Of a stretch of 64,000 bases of DNA, positions 38,395 to 49,927 are shown one piece after another. Origin of the DNA: Hydrolagus affinis (lineage: Eukaryota); contig JAAILG010000029.1 of NCBI GenBank assembly GCA_012026655.1, forward strand, positions 62,001 through 126,000, read 5' to 3'. The notes under the pieces were generated by a model. That model saw nothing but the letters and a program-made list of their open reading frames with translations. It was not told the origin of the DNA and searched no databases. Numbering within the stretch: position 1 is the first letter of the stretch; each line of letters begins with the position of its first letter. A program made the translations under genes and the position numbers.

Positions 38395-41300
38395 ACTTTA
38401 TCACCAGAGAACTTCAGAAAACTTGAAGTACAGTCATTGAATAAATTGAAGACACTTTACGTGGCTACACTGCAGTGCCCATGCACAGACCAGGAGAGCA
38501 AACACGATGCCCATTACTTTTTTTTGGGGTGGGGGTGGGGGGGGGGAGGGGGAGGGGAGGGTTAATTAATATTAGCTTCCTAGCGGAAGTTGAACTTGTT
38601 TTTCTCATGCATATAATTTCTATAGAGCACAAAAGTACGATAGCATTATAATGCTGAGAAGCTAATTTAGAGCAAACGTATTACAGGGTATATGGACAAA
38701 ATACACTGAATATAACATTGAAAATAACCTTTAGCAATGGTCGGTATGTCATTTTAATGTTGATGTACGGATCTACTTTTTAAGCACCTTTTTTTCAATT
38801 TGTACGTGTTATGTTCATGTATTTATTAGTTCTCTTAATGCACGTGCACAAGAAATACAAGTTTAACATTTACGTTTATGGAGGGGAGGTGGGCGTTTTG
38901 GATGCTGCTGTTTCTTTAGGTTATTTGTCTTGTGTACAGTAGAATGCCAGCACACTTTGTTTGGTTTACAAACTCACTCCAAGTTGCATAAGTCTGTGTG
39001 GCTGCTTCGAAGCTGTCATGTGTCGTTGATTCAGATAAAGAATACTATGGTCAAGCAAAGAAGAAGGAATCAAATGATTTATAATATACAAAGCCTTGTC
39101 TGGACCACTTTAGAGAGAGAGTTCTATTTTTATAACCCTCGTATAAATATTAGGAAGCACTTAAACTATTCCTGCAATAAAAAAAATAAAAATAAAGATG
39201 TGATTTGTGTAAGAGAAAACATTTTTTGTAATGCGAGACAATGATAGAAAGAAATGTTATTTTCTAAAAGCTTGGTATTATTTTCTTGCGAGAATATGTC
39301 TGATTCTGTCTAGCAAAATCTTTTCATCTAATGTGCCATAGTGTCAGTGTTTTTTTTCTGATAACTGATAACAAGGAAAAAACCTTTTAACCTTGAAATG
39401 GTGGTTTCTTTGTGAAACAACATTCCAAAAAAAGTACATACAAAAATGTAGAAATGTCTAAGGAAAGCATTTGTAAGTGTTTTGAGTAGCTAGCCTGTAT
39501 CACTGTTGCTTTTTGCACATTTACTTCATTCCTCTGTAGTGCAATATGTACATAGGGCACTTGCGGGTGTACATTTAATCCCTCAGGGAAGAAAACCATA
39601 TGTTTGTACAGTCTCTTATTTTGCTAAGGGATGTTGACTGGATCACTTGGTCGTTTGTGTGTGAGGCAGCCAGTCTTGATCCTGCAGTGAGGCCACTGTT
39701 TGCTTGAAATGCTTAAACACCAATCGTTACTTTTTCGTTTTGTTTAGTTTTTTGAGATGCACCTTACGAATGCTGTAGCTGTGAATGACAATCCAGAGTT
39801 ATAACTAAACGATAGGAGACCTAGGAAGCAAAACCGAGGCTGGTTCAAGGAGTTGAAATTTTTGCTCAGGGATAATGTAAAGATTTTAAAGAGGGTACGA
39901 GAATGGCCAGTATTTCTTGCAACAGTTAAAACACAGCAATTACATGCAAACCCGAAGATGCAAATTGACTGTACTTCTTAAAATAAAGTTTTAAAAAAAA
40001 GTGTTTGAAAGCCTCAAAAGCTGTAGACAGCTGGTTGAGACACAACAGTATTTACAATAAAAAAATTTATAGCATGAAAACCGTTAGTGAAGACTCCTAT
40101 GGAACACTGCCAAAGAATACATTGTGATCTTTATAAATCAACTTATCATGACACAAATTCAAGAACTCTCCCCTTTGACTCTTTACTGCCTCAACTGCTG
40201 GGTGTGTTCCCGCAGTCTGTAATGAGTGTATTACACCACATCATATAGAGAGAGTATAAAGATCCACTATTTCCTTACAAGCACAATTGCAACACGAGCT
40301 CTGTGGACGTGTTGGCATTTCCTGTCTACCTCCCCCCCCACCACCCACCACCCGCATAGGCATAACCTGTGACACCATTTGCAAGTGCACATGTGTGAAA
40401 TTGTGCCCTAGGTCCATAACAGCCAGTGTATGCAGGAAAATAAAGGGTTTGGGAGTGAAAGGGAATGGGGTTGAGCAATAATGCGACAGCTATCTGCATT
40501 CTGCCACCACACCTTGCAATTCCCTGTACGCATTAAGAAATCTATTGTGTGTGCAGCTCTCAAACTGTGTTCATTTTGTTAGGGAATGTGCCCAGCTCTC
40601 ACCTTAGATACCCGTTTCATTGGCCATGTTTTTTAAGGGGGATTAAAAAGAGCGAGAAAGCTGCTCAGCATCAATTCCACTTTTGCACAAACTGACCATC
40701 CTCAGTATATGCACAATCTGCCGTAGTGGCACAGGGGGAGGAACAGAAAATGCACCTGGATATGAAATTAAACATGATTTTGCCCACAGGATTATGCTTT
40801 TGCAACTCACAAGAAACCCACTTTGTCCATGCTTGCTTGTCCACTTATCAGGAATGTAGAGATGATGTGAAAGCTGTGGCAATTATTAGTTGAAAACTCC
40901 CTTTTACATCATTCCATTATCTTTTTCATCCATTTCTTAGTTCTGCACTCACTGCACCCGACTCCCTTCCTCCTTCAGACCTGGTGGGTTGCTATGACAT
41001 TGCAATACTGTCAAGAGCTCATGGTGACTGATCTCACAGGGTACTTCCAGTTCCTGAGTTCAATCAATTGCCAGAGACATTGGTTTTGTTGCTTATAAAA
41101 GCATAGCGTCCTAAACGACATGGTGTACCTTAGAACAGATGTCCTCAATGATCTTCTTCAATAAGCAAAAGAAGTCATGGCAACTCAGGATCCTTCAGTA
41201 AGTCAGCCCTTACAGTAACTCAATGGTTAGGAAAGGAAGTAGAGGAAATTATTGTAGTTGGAAGGAATAACTTTACTCCTTTGGTTTAATAACCTTTTAA

Positions 41301-41688
41301 CATAGACTATATGCAATACTGTATGCATTTATGCATAATGTTAGTTGCCGGATGTAACTGCAAAGACTTAGAATGGGAGGAGGATGGGTTGAGTGAATTT
41401 TATTCCATACTCACCTGGGGCACACATCCTAAATAATTGTCGGATTTCAAGTGTACCAGATACAGGCTCATTTCCTGCACAGGTCAAAAGGTCCCACCTG
41501 AGGCACTTCATCACTCCAGTCACCTGCTTGGTTGCCTGTAGCAACATCATTTTTCAATACTTGTTTTATTAGTGAATTAAACGTACAGATATGCGTCACG
41601 CATTGCTGACCAGAAAGCTATAAAGTGAAAGGTACTGTTCGCATTCAGATGAATCTGTGCACTTTGACTGCTGTACAGTGCACCAGTT

Positions 41689-41722
41689 ATCTATCTATCC
41701 ATCCATCCATCCATCCATCCAT
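41689..41722. repeat. (ATCT)/(ATCC)n tetranucleotide microsatellite in the RORA 3' UTR
   Basis: tatctatctatcc(atcc)n read directly. Confidence 0.9.
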
Positions 41723-43666
41723 TACTGCATAGTGTTAACAGATAGGACTCCTGCCCATTGATTGACCTATAACTGGAACAAAAACAATACTACCTTTCCC
41801 GGTGAGTTATGCGTGTTGCACTGTTCAGGTTTGTCTGCCTCCAGCTAATCTCTCGCAGTACTGTCTCTAAAACAATGCTGAGCCTTATTTTTAAATTCTT
41901 GTTTTATGTGCTTTCCTTCAAATCCCGTCAAATGCAAGATTTGCTTTTCGAAGTGCTACCCCCATCACAAAGCTTTTCAGAACCATGTGAAAATCTCTGA
42001 ATTTTACAATGAAGCTTTCTCAACTCCGAGTGCTAAAACGATGCAGCTTTAACCTCCTAAATGATGGAGTTCGAACGCAGACAAACACAGCGCATCACAA
42101 GACTGCTCTTTCTAACAGTTTCTGTAGCTCTGAGACCTATGTAGCAATTGCATTGTTCAGTTATCAATCATTCTGAGCTGCGAATAATCAAGTTATCTTT
42201 GAGCACAGTTGTACTGTAGATTAAATCCTTATGTGGATTGGCAATAAAGCTTTTCTGCAGGTTAGTTTCTTCTGTCACCATATTCCTCATCATACAAGGT
42301 CTCAGTGTGACAGCATTATTATACTTGCATCAGTATTTTGTATCAAGTTGTTATCGTGCATTCATGTGAATTATATAGACACATTAGTGCATCTTGTACA
42401 CTTAACTTATTACGCCTAAACCCCCAAACTGGTTTCCATAGGAGTATTTGCTAACTTTTCATTTTGAACGATGAAATTTGGTTTCTTTTTATTAGCCGCA
42501 TATAAACTTGAGAATATTCCGAAATAATCTTTAATGTGCAAAACAGATTTTAAATCACAAGCAATAAATAAAACGTCAAATATTTTATACAGGGAAAATG
42601 AATGAAATTTCTAAACGAAAATATTTTTACCTAAAGATTTGGTTTAGTTGCTCTGTGTTTTTTAAACTCATCCAAACAATGGCCTGATTTACTGGTGATT
42701 GTTAAATGTGTTCAGATTTGAACTGGCTGCTTCTTTGTTATTTGTCTACTCCTTTCAAAGGAGCTGTGATTTTTTTTGTGTCGTGGGTTTGGGCCAACGA
42801 GAAACTTTCAAGTTGTATTATACTTTCCCAGTCTAAAGAAATGCCTAATAGACAAGCCCCAGACAAGGCTTTTACCATTTGCAGAATTACAGTGTCAGGT
42901 GGTTGACTTTCAAATAAGATATTAGTCTATCTTTATGGAATCTTAGCAATTTTCTTCTCTCCAAAGTACAAATGATAATAGATAAAACTCTAGCCATAAC
43001 ACAATGTCAAGCAATAATATAAAATAATTACTTTCTGTGCATAGTAAGACTTAGAACACCTGCATGTAAATGCAATCTTATTTATCGCTTTCTTTATTAT
43101 AAATGACTGACTACTTTTGTTGATAAATAAGGACTTGTGATGGCCCATATAAATTCTCTTCTCTCTCTCTCTGCTTTTCACTCACTATATTAATGTTGTA
43201 TCACCTGTATACAGTTATCTTTTTAAAACTGTTTCTGTATAGGTAAGAAAGAACTGCTATTATCAGCCTACTCAGTGCAAATATTTATCTGTTTATTAAA
43301 TACTGCATTATTATAATTGTATATCTCTGTTTTAGTATATGCTCTCTTAGCCATAGTTACAAACTAGGGTGTGCTATTTTGTGTTTTCTGGTGTGTGGTG
43401 CTAGATAAGTTGCTTTGTGAACAATACCTTTATTCCTAAACTATGCCACCCTATGGACACCTTATTTTCACTGAGTAGAACACCCCACAGGTACCTGTGG
43501 CAAAAGGACTAGACTTGGGATATGTTTGAGGGCTGAGGAAGCCAGTCCTTCGTTGTAAAATGCTGTGGAGGACAGTATCACTTTCCCACAACTGTATCTT
43601 ATTTTCAGATTTTCTCTAACTGCAATCTGCCTATCCTGCACAGTCTTGCTCCTTTACTGATTCCTA

Positions 43667-43877
43667 AATAAAACGAAGTATTTTGATTTGTTTTGTAAAT
43701 AAAACTGTAAAAAAAATAAGAGATTTAATGTTGTCTTTTAAATACTCAGATTTTCATTCTAATATGAATGTTGTTATATTGTACTTAGAAACTGTTATCT
43801 TTAATATTACCTTTATTAAAAGTACATTAAACACATCGATTTTAGATGTGCTTTATGTGCGTTTATCCTATAATAAA
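43667..43877 (+). terminator. Cluster of polyadenylation signals, candidate RORA 3' end
   Basis: Three AATAAA hexamers; T/GT-rich tract at ~43905-43940; repeats resume at ~43975. Confidence 0.55.
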
Positions 43878-44414
43878 ATTACTGCTTGTATTGGAGCCTG
43901 CCTGCTGTCTTTTTTTTATTGTGTATTTTATTTTTTATCAAATACATCATATTCTGCTTTCTTCATCAAGTAAATTTAAGCCCCATGCTTGGACTTTGAG
44001 CTCATAATCCAGAGTGACACTCGAGTGCAGCGCTGGGATAGTTTGGATGAAACACCAGCCAAACCAAATCTTTTGCTTGCCCAATTTGGTCCTGTAAATG
44101 TTCATTTATACTCTACCATCAATGTATCTTATCTCCAGCCTTAGAAGAACATCTGTTACTTGTTAGTTATAACCTGGGCCTGTAGGAAATATTTGCCTAA
44201 AATTGCGGGGATATTTGAAAGGAAAATGCAGGGTGAGGTGCTTGCTATTGAGTTACATTTGACTACCAACCGGCATTTTTTCACTATGTGGATTAAAAAC
44301 TAAATGTGAGGATGTAACGCAGGCCAGAGGCCCTGGAAATCAATCCCCAAACACTCAGAACCAGTGTCTATGGGGCTGCAGGAGTTCACCACCTTGAGCT
44401 TCTCACGAACCAGA

Positions 44415-44660
44415 ACCACACACGCACTCAGAGACACATTCTCAGAGAGACACACATACTCAGACACAAAGAGACATACACGCAGACAGAGGAAAGTGAG
44501 ACTTACACATTCACACAGAGGCACTCGTAAACACACACATACACACACAAGAGACATACACAGACAGACTCACACATACATACAGAAGAGAGACACAAAC
44601 ACATTCACACAGAGACACTCTCAAGCAGAAACACATAAAGAAAAAGAGACACACAGAGAA
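44415..44660. repeat. Degenerate (CA)/(GA) microsatellite tract
   Basis: cacacacgcactcagagacacattctcagagagacacacatac... over ~245 bp. Confidence 0.9.
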
Positions 44661-44679
44661 GCCAACAGCCTTACATAGG

Positions 44680-45001
44680 ATAATAACAATCCTTGCATTT
44701 GTTATAGTGTTTTACACATCTTCTAGATGTCTCAAAGCCCTTCACAGAATATACTGTGAAGTGAAGTTAATTGACTGTATGTTTGTGGGCGAAATGCGGC
44801 AGCCAATTGCGCACAGCAGCATCTCACAAACAGTCGTGGATTAAGTGACCAATTGTTTTATTGTTTAATGTTTTTTGTGAGCGATTATTATCAGGCGTGT
44901 GGAGTAAGGAAACTTGCCCAAAGTATCATCCTGCCTGGAATCGAACCCAGGTCTCTCGCTTGCAAGCCGAGTGCTCTAAACACTGAGCTACAGGACTCCA
45001 C
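44680..45001 (-). mobile_element. Near full-length tRNA-derived SINE (Deu-like core, L2-type tail)
   Basis: Minus strand head gtggagtcctgtagctcagtgtttagagc...gggttcgattcc (A and B boxes); core gctgtgcgcaattggctgccgc; tail aaatgcaaggattgttatta. Confidence 0.85.
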
Positions 45002-45462
45002 ATAGTCAAAGGATAACATAAGATGACAGATTGGACCAAACAGGGACAAAGGTAGATTATCATGTGGATTTATCCTGTGACATCAGGTACTATATCAAAT
45101 GCATAATAAAACATGCAATTGATATAGTGCTTTCCTGTCATTGAGATATCTCAAAGAGCTTCACAGGATAAAGATGGCAACAGCTCAGCAATAGCTCCCT
45201 TCCTGTCTAGCTGGTGTTTATTATATTCTTCACAAGTGCTTCTCCTCGACCCTATCCCTAGTCCCGTATCACAGGCTTTTCCGCCCCCCATATCCCTCAA
45301 CTCAGTTCTGTCCTAACCGTGTGTGCATGCAGTTGTTGTTCTTTTTTGACACTGCCGGCCCCAAAACTGACTACAGCAGAGAATCGCACACCCAAACCAA
45401 TCATGTGAATCACGTCATCTGATTCTCAGCCGTGAAAGGGCAGGTGATGAAATTTGTTTGTG

Positions 45463-45760
45463 CAGTCCTGTAAGGGGTTAGAGCACTCGCCTCCGAAACG
45501 AGAGACGTGGGTTTGATTCCTGGCCAGGGCAAAATGAAATGTTGGACAAGTTTCCTTTCTCCACAAGCCTCCGTTTACCTAGCAGTAAGTAGGAACCCGG
45601 TTGTGAGTCGATTAGCGGATCACTTTTTCGCGGGTAAAAGTTGCTTTAATAATAACAACCAAATTTATAATAAATTGGTTATTTAAACCACAAATGTTTG
45701 TGGGACTCTGCTGTGTGCGATTAGCTACCGTGTTTCAGCCACAAAATATACAAGACATGA
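45463..45760 (+). mobile_element. Same SINE family, diverged copy with truncated tail
   Basis: cagtcctgt...ggttagagcactcgcctccgaaacgagagacgtgggtttgattcc ... tgtttgtgggactctgctgtgtgcg. Confidence 0.75.
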
Positions 45761-45771
45761 TAAGGTATCCT

Positions 45772-46053
45772 GTAGAGTCCTGTAGCTCAGTGGTTAGAGC
45801 ACTCGCCTTACAAACAAGTAGACCTGGGTTCAATTCCAGGCAGGGTGAAACCTTGGGTAAATTTCCTTACTCCACACTCCCAATAATAATCCCTCCAAAA
45901 AAATTGGTGACTTCAATCCACGACTGTTTGTGGGACACTGCTGTGCGCAATTGGCTGCCGCGTGTCACTTCACTTTACGGTATATTCTGTGAAGCGCTTT
46001 TGAGACGTCTAGAAGACGTGAAGAGCGCTACATCAAATGCAAGGATTATTATT
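45772..46053 (+). mobile_element. Same SINE family, near full-length copy abutting the ICE2 CpG island
   Basis: gtagctcagtggttagagc (A box), ggttcaattcc (B box), Deu-like core, tail aaatgcaaggattattatt. Confidence 0.85.
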
Positions 46054-46290
46054 ACATATCAAATGTAAGGATTGTTATTATAATATATCAATGTAAGTAC
46101 AGTATAGTGTATTATTACTGTAATGGCAGACTATTCCGAGGGATAGGGTTTAATTTCCCCGCAGCTGCTGAGCTGCTCTGGTGCTGTAGGTGGCGCTGTG
46201 TTGCGGTGTGCTGCTGTGAGCGGGCGGACCGTTCCTCGCCGGCCCCGCTGTTCCCGGGGATGTGTTTTGCCGCTGCACCGCTCGAGGGCC

Positions 46291-46298
46291 ATGTCGTG
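46291..46298 (+). CDS. ICE2: ICE2 first coding segment (ATG TCG TG|gtgagg)
   Basis: gccATG context. The phase-2 donor joins 46897 to give MSWDCAPKNG, which matches human NWDISPKNG (recalled). Confidence 0.75.
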
Positions 46299-46460
46299 GT
46301 GAGGACCGTTGCTCCCGAGGCCCGCGCGGGGGCTGTGAGCTCCAAACAAACCCCAGGCACCCACCCACCCCCCACAGCGGGGCCGGCCCTTCCCTGGGGG
46401 CTGAGCTCGCCGGGTCTAACAGGGGCTTTGGTGGGCACAGGGTGGGCGGAGAGGTGATGT

Positions 46461-46537
46461 GGGGTAGGCTCCTGTGGGGGTCAGGGGTAGGCTCCTGTGG
46501 GGGTCTGGGGTAGGCCCCTGTGGGGGTGGGGGGTAGG
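46461..46537 (+). repeat. 23-bp G-rich minisatellite, ~3.3 copies
   Basis: GGGGTAGGC(T/C)CCTGTGGGGGTNN units start at 46461, 46484 and 46507, with a partial unit at 46530. Confidence 0.9.
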
Positions 46538-46659
46538 TTGACGAGGGGTCTGATGTGTGGGGAAGCTCTTGGGGGGGAGGGGGAAGTATAGGTGCCCATT
46601 TTGACTCGGAGGGAGGGTTTGTCCCTGCCGTGATGGTGCCATTATCAAGTGATCAATAG

Positions 46660-46757
46660 ATATACAGTCAATTCACTTTACAGTATATTCTGTGAGGCGC
46701 TTTGAGACGCCTCGACGATGTGATAAGGTGCCATATCAAATGCAAGGGTTATTATTG
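46660..46757 (+). mobile_element. SINE 3' fragment in ICE2 intron 1
   Basis: atacagtcaattcactttacagtatattctgtgaggcgctttgagacg...atcaaatgcaagggttattatt. Confidence 0.8.
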
Positions 46758-46896
46758 CCCCTCCTTTTGTCAGCCAGACAAGCACCTCCTTCTGTGGGTA
46801 CCGGGGAATCTGGGCTTAGAGACGTCTTTAATAGATTGAGCTAAATTTGTGCGTGTTTGGGATTGATATTGAATTTTCTGTTTTTTAATTTAACAG

Positions 46897-47001
46897 GGAT
46901 TGTGCGCCTAAAAATGGGATTGAGGAATTTTTTTCCCGTGAAATGTATGACCGCTACACCATATCACCAACTGTCACAGAATTATGGTCTTTACCAAAAA
47001 G
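46897..47001 (+). CDS. ICE2: ICE2 coding exon 2 (DCAPKNGIEEFFSREMYDRYTISPTVTELWSLPK)
   Basis: ttttttaatttaacag| ... AAAG|gtattg; 105 nt; resembles human DISPKNGLKTFFSRENY (recalled). Confidence 0.88.
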
Positions 47002-48031
47002 GTATTGCAGTATTTATACCATCCTCTAGTTTACTAAAGGATTATTCATTCTCACGCTTTCTCTTTATAATAATGGAAGTGCATCCCGTAGCACTCTCGC
47101 CTTTGAAGCAGACGATTATGGAAACTAGACAACCAGTTTGTGCATGTGCAATTACTTCCTGACCACAAGCCTTCACGAAAGCTTTGAGAAAGACTTGTCC
47201 AAGTCAGCAATGTTGTCAAATGCAAGGATTTGTATGATGTGAAGATTGCATTGGTACATTGCTGAGGAGGGAGATCTGAAAGCTCAATCTGGTTAAGAGG
47301 GTGTGAGGAAGGCTAGTTTGGGAGATGGAAGATATCAAACTGGTGTGGCAGTGGTTCTCCGATTTGGGGGTTAAGTGACGTTATTGGGGCTAAAGCTTTA
47401 CTGTGCATATAGTATACCTGGCCCGAGAGAGCCATTCATTCAACGTCTCAAGATTAGTTCCCTGACATTGGACAAACCATAATTCAGACCGAGAGTGCTA
47501 TCGAATGCACAAGGCTGATGCCTAAAGAGACAGGAAACCCGGTTTCAAAGTACAGTTTCTTGTCAATGTATAATTTACAATCAAACCTGTCTTCACTAAC
47601 GTCTCGAGGGACTGGGCCAAAGTGGACTTTAAATAAGGGTGGCCTCTGAGTAAGGTTTGCTGGTGTATGAACATGGCTGATTTGACTGAGCCAGGGCGGT
47701 TGCTGAATAATTGCTGGTGCTTTAAGTGCACTGGGACTCTTCCCCCTCGTGAAGTGCACTATATAAATACAAGTTGTTGTTGAATGCTGGTGGTCGCTTG
47801 AACAGTATTTGTAAATATGTCTTGACTACAAAGCCTCTAAAGCTTTACCAACCTACCTTTATCTTCTGCTCTGCAGGTACTGGCCTGCTTCATGTCCTCT
47901 GCGCGTGTGCCTTAGCATCCTGGGACCTCCTTCCCATGTGAAATTGCTCTATAAATGCAATTTGTTGTTGTTAATATGCTCAGAATTTTGCAGCAATGCT
48001 TTTACACACTTGACGCATTTCTTCCTGTCAG

Positions 48032-48305
48032 GCAAAGGGTGGAAAATGAGACTTCAAGCTCCTCACAGCCGCAGCTGTTGCCAGTTGAGAGCTCCAGCAA
48101 GGCACCTGATCCAGCACCAGCAAAGAAGATCAACAACAACTGTGCTTCAATTACTTTCCCAGAACCCAGGGTCCCATATCCACGCTTATCCAGGCTGGAA
48201 TATTGGGAACAAAATAGATATGTATCCTTAATGAAAAAATTTAAGAATGGATACACATATATGATTCATATAGCTAAGAATGATGGAGACTTTGTTCAGT
48301 TCACG
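48032..48305 (+). CDS. ICE2: ICE2 coding exon 3 (...FPEPRVPYPRLSRLEYWEQNRYVSLM...)
   Basis: tttcttcctgtcag| ... ACG|gtgagt; 274 nt; contains the PRVPYPR motif of NARG2/ICE2. Confidence 0.9.
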
Positions 48306-48479
48306 GTGAGTAAAGTGGAAAAGCATGATTTTATAATACAGCCCAAATAACCACATTCAATCTACAATACTGGTCAATATTATTATTATGATAATATCTG
48401 ACCAAGAGCTTGATCAGCAAGAAGCACCATCCAAATGTACCAAACTACACAACCCCCTCCCTCCACACACACTATAAGT

Positions 48480-48835
48480 GTGGAGTCCTGGAGCTTAATG
48501 GTTAGAGTACTCGCCTCGCAAGCAAGAAACCTAGGTTCAATTCCCGGCAGGGCTAAATATTGGGTATGTTTCCTTACTCCACATGCCTCTGTTTACCTAG
48601 CAGTAAGTAGGATCTGGTTGTTAATTCAATTGGCGGATTGCTTTTCTGGGTGTAATATATATTTTTTTAATTTGATAATTCAATCTGCAACGTTCATAGG
48701 ACACTACTGTGCGCAATTGTATTTCGCTCTTAAAATATACTGACAATTCACTTTACAGTATACTATATTAAGTGGTTTGAGATGTCTTAAAAATGTGATA
48801 AGGCACTGTATCAAATGCAAGGTATTATTTATTAT
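48480..48835 (+). mobile_element. Same SINE family, full-length copy in ICE2 intron 3
   Basis: gtggagtcctggagcttaatggttagagtactcgcctcgcaagc ... atcaaatgcaaggtattatttatt. Confidence 0.85.
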
Positions 48836-48921
48836 ACGTGTGTAAGCCCCATATTAAGTCATTAATTTCCAGTCACTAATGTGCACAAGCAAGAATGATA
48901 ATGCAGAGTTGTCTCTTACAG

Positions 48922-49041
48922 GAACTGAAGAAAATAGTCTGTATTGAAACAGCAGAATTCATGAAGTATCTGCAGAATGTTGCCAGAATGTGTGCTGAGG
49001 ACTACGATTTCATTATTCCTGACTCACTCCGCTACGCTGAG
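48922..49041 (+). CDS. ICE2: ICE2 coding exon 4 (ELKKIVCIETAEFMKYLQNVARMCAEDYDFIIPDSLRYAE)
   Basis: gtctcttacag| ... GAG|gtattt; 120 nt; EF.K.LQN.A..CA.DY motif. Confidence 0.9.
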
Positions 49042-49927
49042 GTATTTGCTCTGCACGTTTACATTGGGGGAAGGTACTGTATTACCTCTTCGTTTTTTGT
49101 AAGCTTGAATCCCAGATTGAAAGAAAAAGACTGGCCGAAGTATCCATTGCCTGGACTCACAACTCACTGATTTTTCAACACCGTTTTCACCTCTGACTTG
49201 TATACAGACTCTATATTTATGCTAAAGTAAGGTTTGGATTTCAGGAAAAATGCAACAACACATTGCATTGATATAGCTCCTTTCTCATCGGGAGGATGTC
49301 CAAGGCGTTGAAAATATTGCAATTGCAACTCTATTGAAACTCCCTTTTGTTGACTTCATTGACTTCCAGAAAGTTTTTTGATCTTTTAAATAAATGAGAA
49401 GCTATTGGACGTATAGTGGAATCCGAGATATCAGCTGTAATGTGTCCTCACTCCATCTCCAATGGTTAATGCCTGTTCCAATTGAAAGAGGAATGGGTAT
49501 TCTCAACCAAATGATTAATTCATCAACTGTCTTGTCAGATGGCATTGAAAAGGAGTTCTTTTGGGAATGTCTGTTAGGACAGCATAGTGATAGCCCATGT
49601 AGTTCACTGACACTCGCAGTTCCTATGAGTTCCTGAAAAACATGTGCAGACCTACCTCTGAAAGAGCTGAGTGTGTTTAACAGCAGTGGCAAGGATTGGC
49701 CCACAACAAGCTATTTCTGTTCTGCTGTTTAATATTCATTAAAATTAGTTGATCATCATAATTATTTCCCCCTTGCATATAATGCTGTATTAGAAATTTG
49801 CATGTGATTTCTTGTCTTATAGGAACAAATGAAACGGCACTGCTGAAAAGTGGATTTATCAGCTCTAGATTTATCTGTTGCAAATGCAATTGCAACATTC
49901 ACTTATTCACTTTCACTTTGTTTATAG

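Larger units (their letters stand above)
38395..43900 (+). other. RORA: Long RORA 3' UTR (end approximate)
   Basis: AU-rich stretch after the stop with no recognisable transposon copies, unlike the flanking introns. AATAAA at 43667-43672, 43698-43703 and 43872-43877, followed by U/GU-rich sequence. Mammalian RORA also has a multi-kb 3' UTR. Confidence 0.65.
46130..46620 (+). promoter_or_regulatory. CpG island / ICE2 promoter and first exon
   Basis: The only strongly GC- and CpG-rich block in the window (cccgcgcgggg, gcgggcggaccg, GC box gggcgga); contains the ICE2 start codon and first donor. Confidence 0.8.

Noticed and set aside
45772-45845. tRNA-like sequence with A and B boxes (also 44930-45001, 48480-48553, 54320-54391)
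   Set aside because: Each continues into the same SINE body and tail, the acceptor stem is poor and the copies diverge. These are SINE heads (Ala-CGC-like), not tRNA genes.
46107-46599. Five overlapping ORFs of 77-149 aa on both strands
   Set aside because: Explained by stop-codon depletion in a CpG island and a G-rich minisatellite. Only 46291-46298 (and possibly the uORF) fits a gene model.
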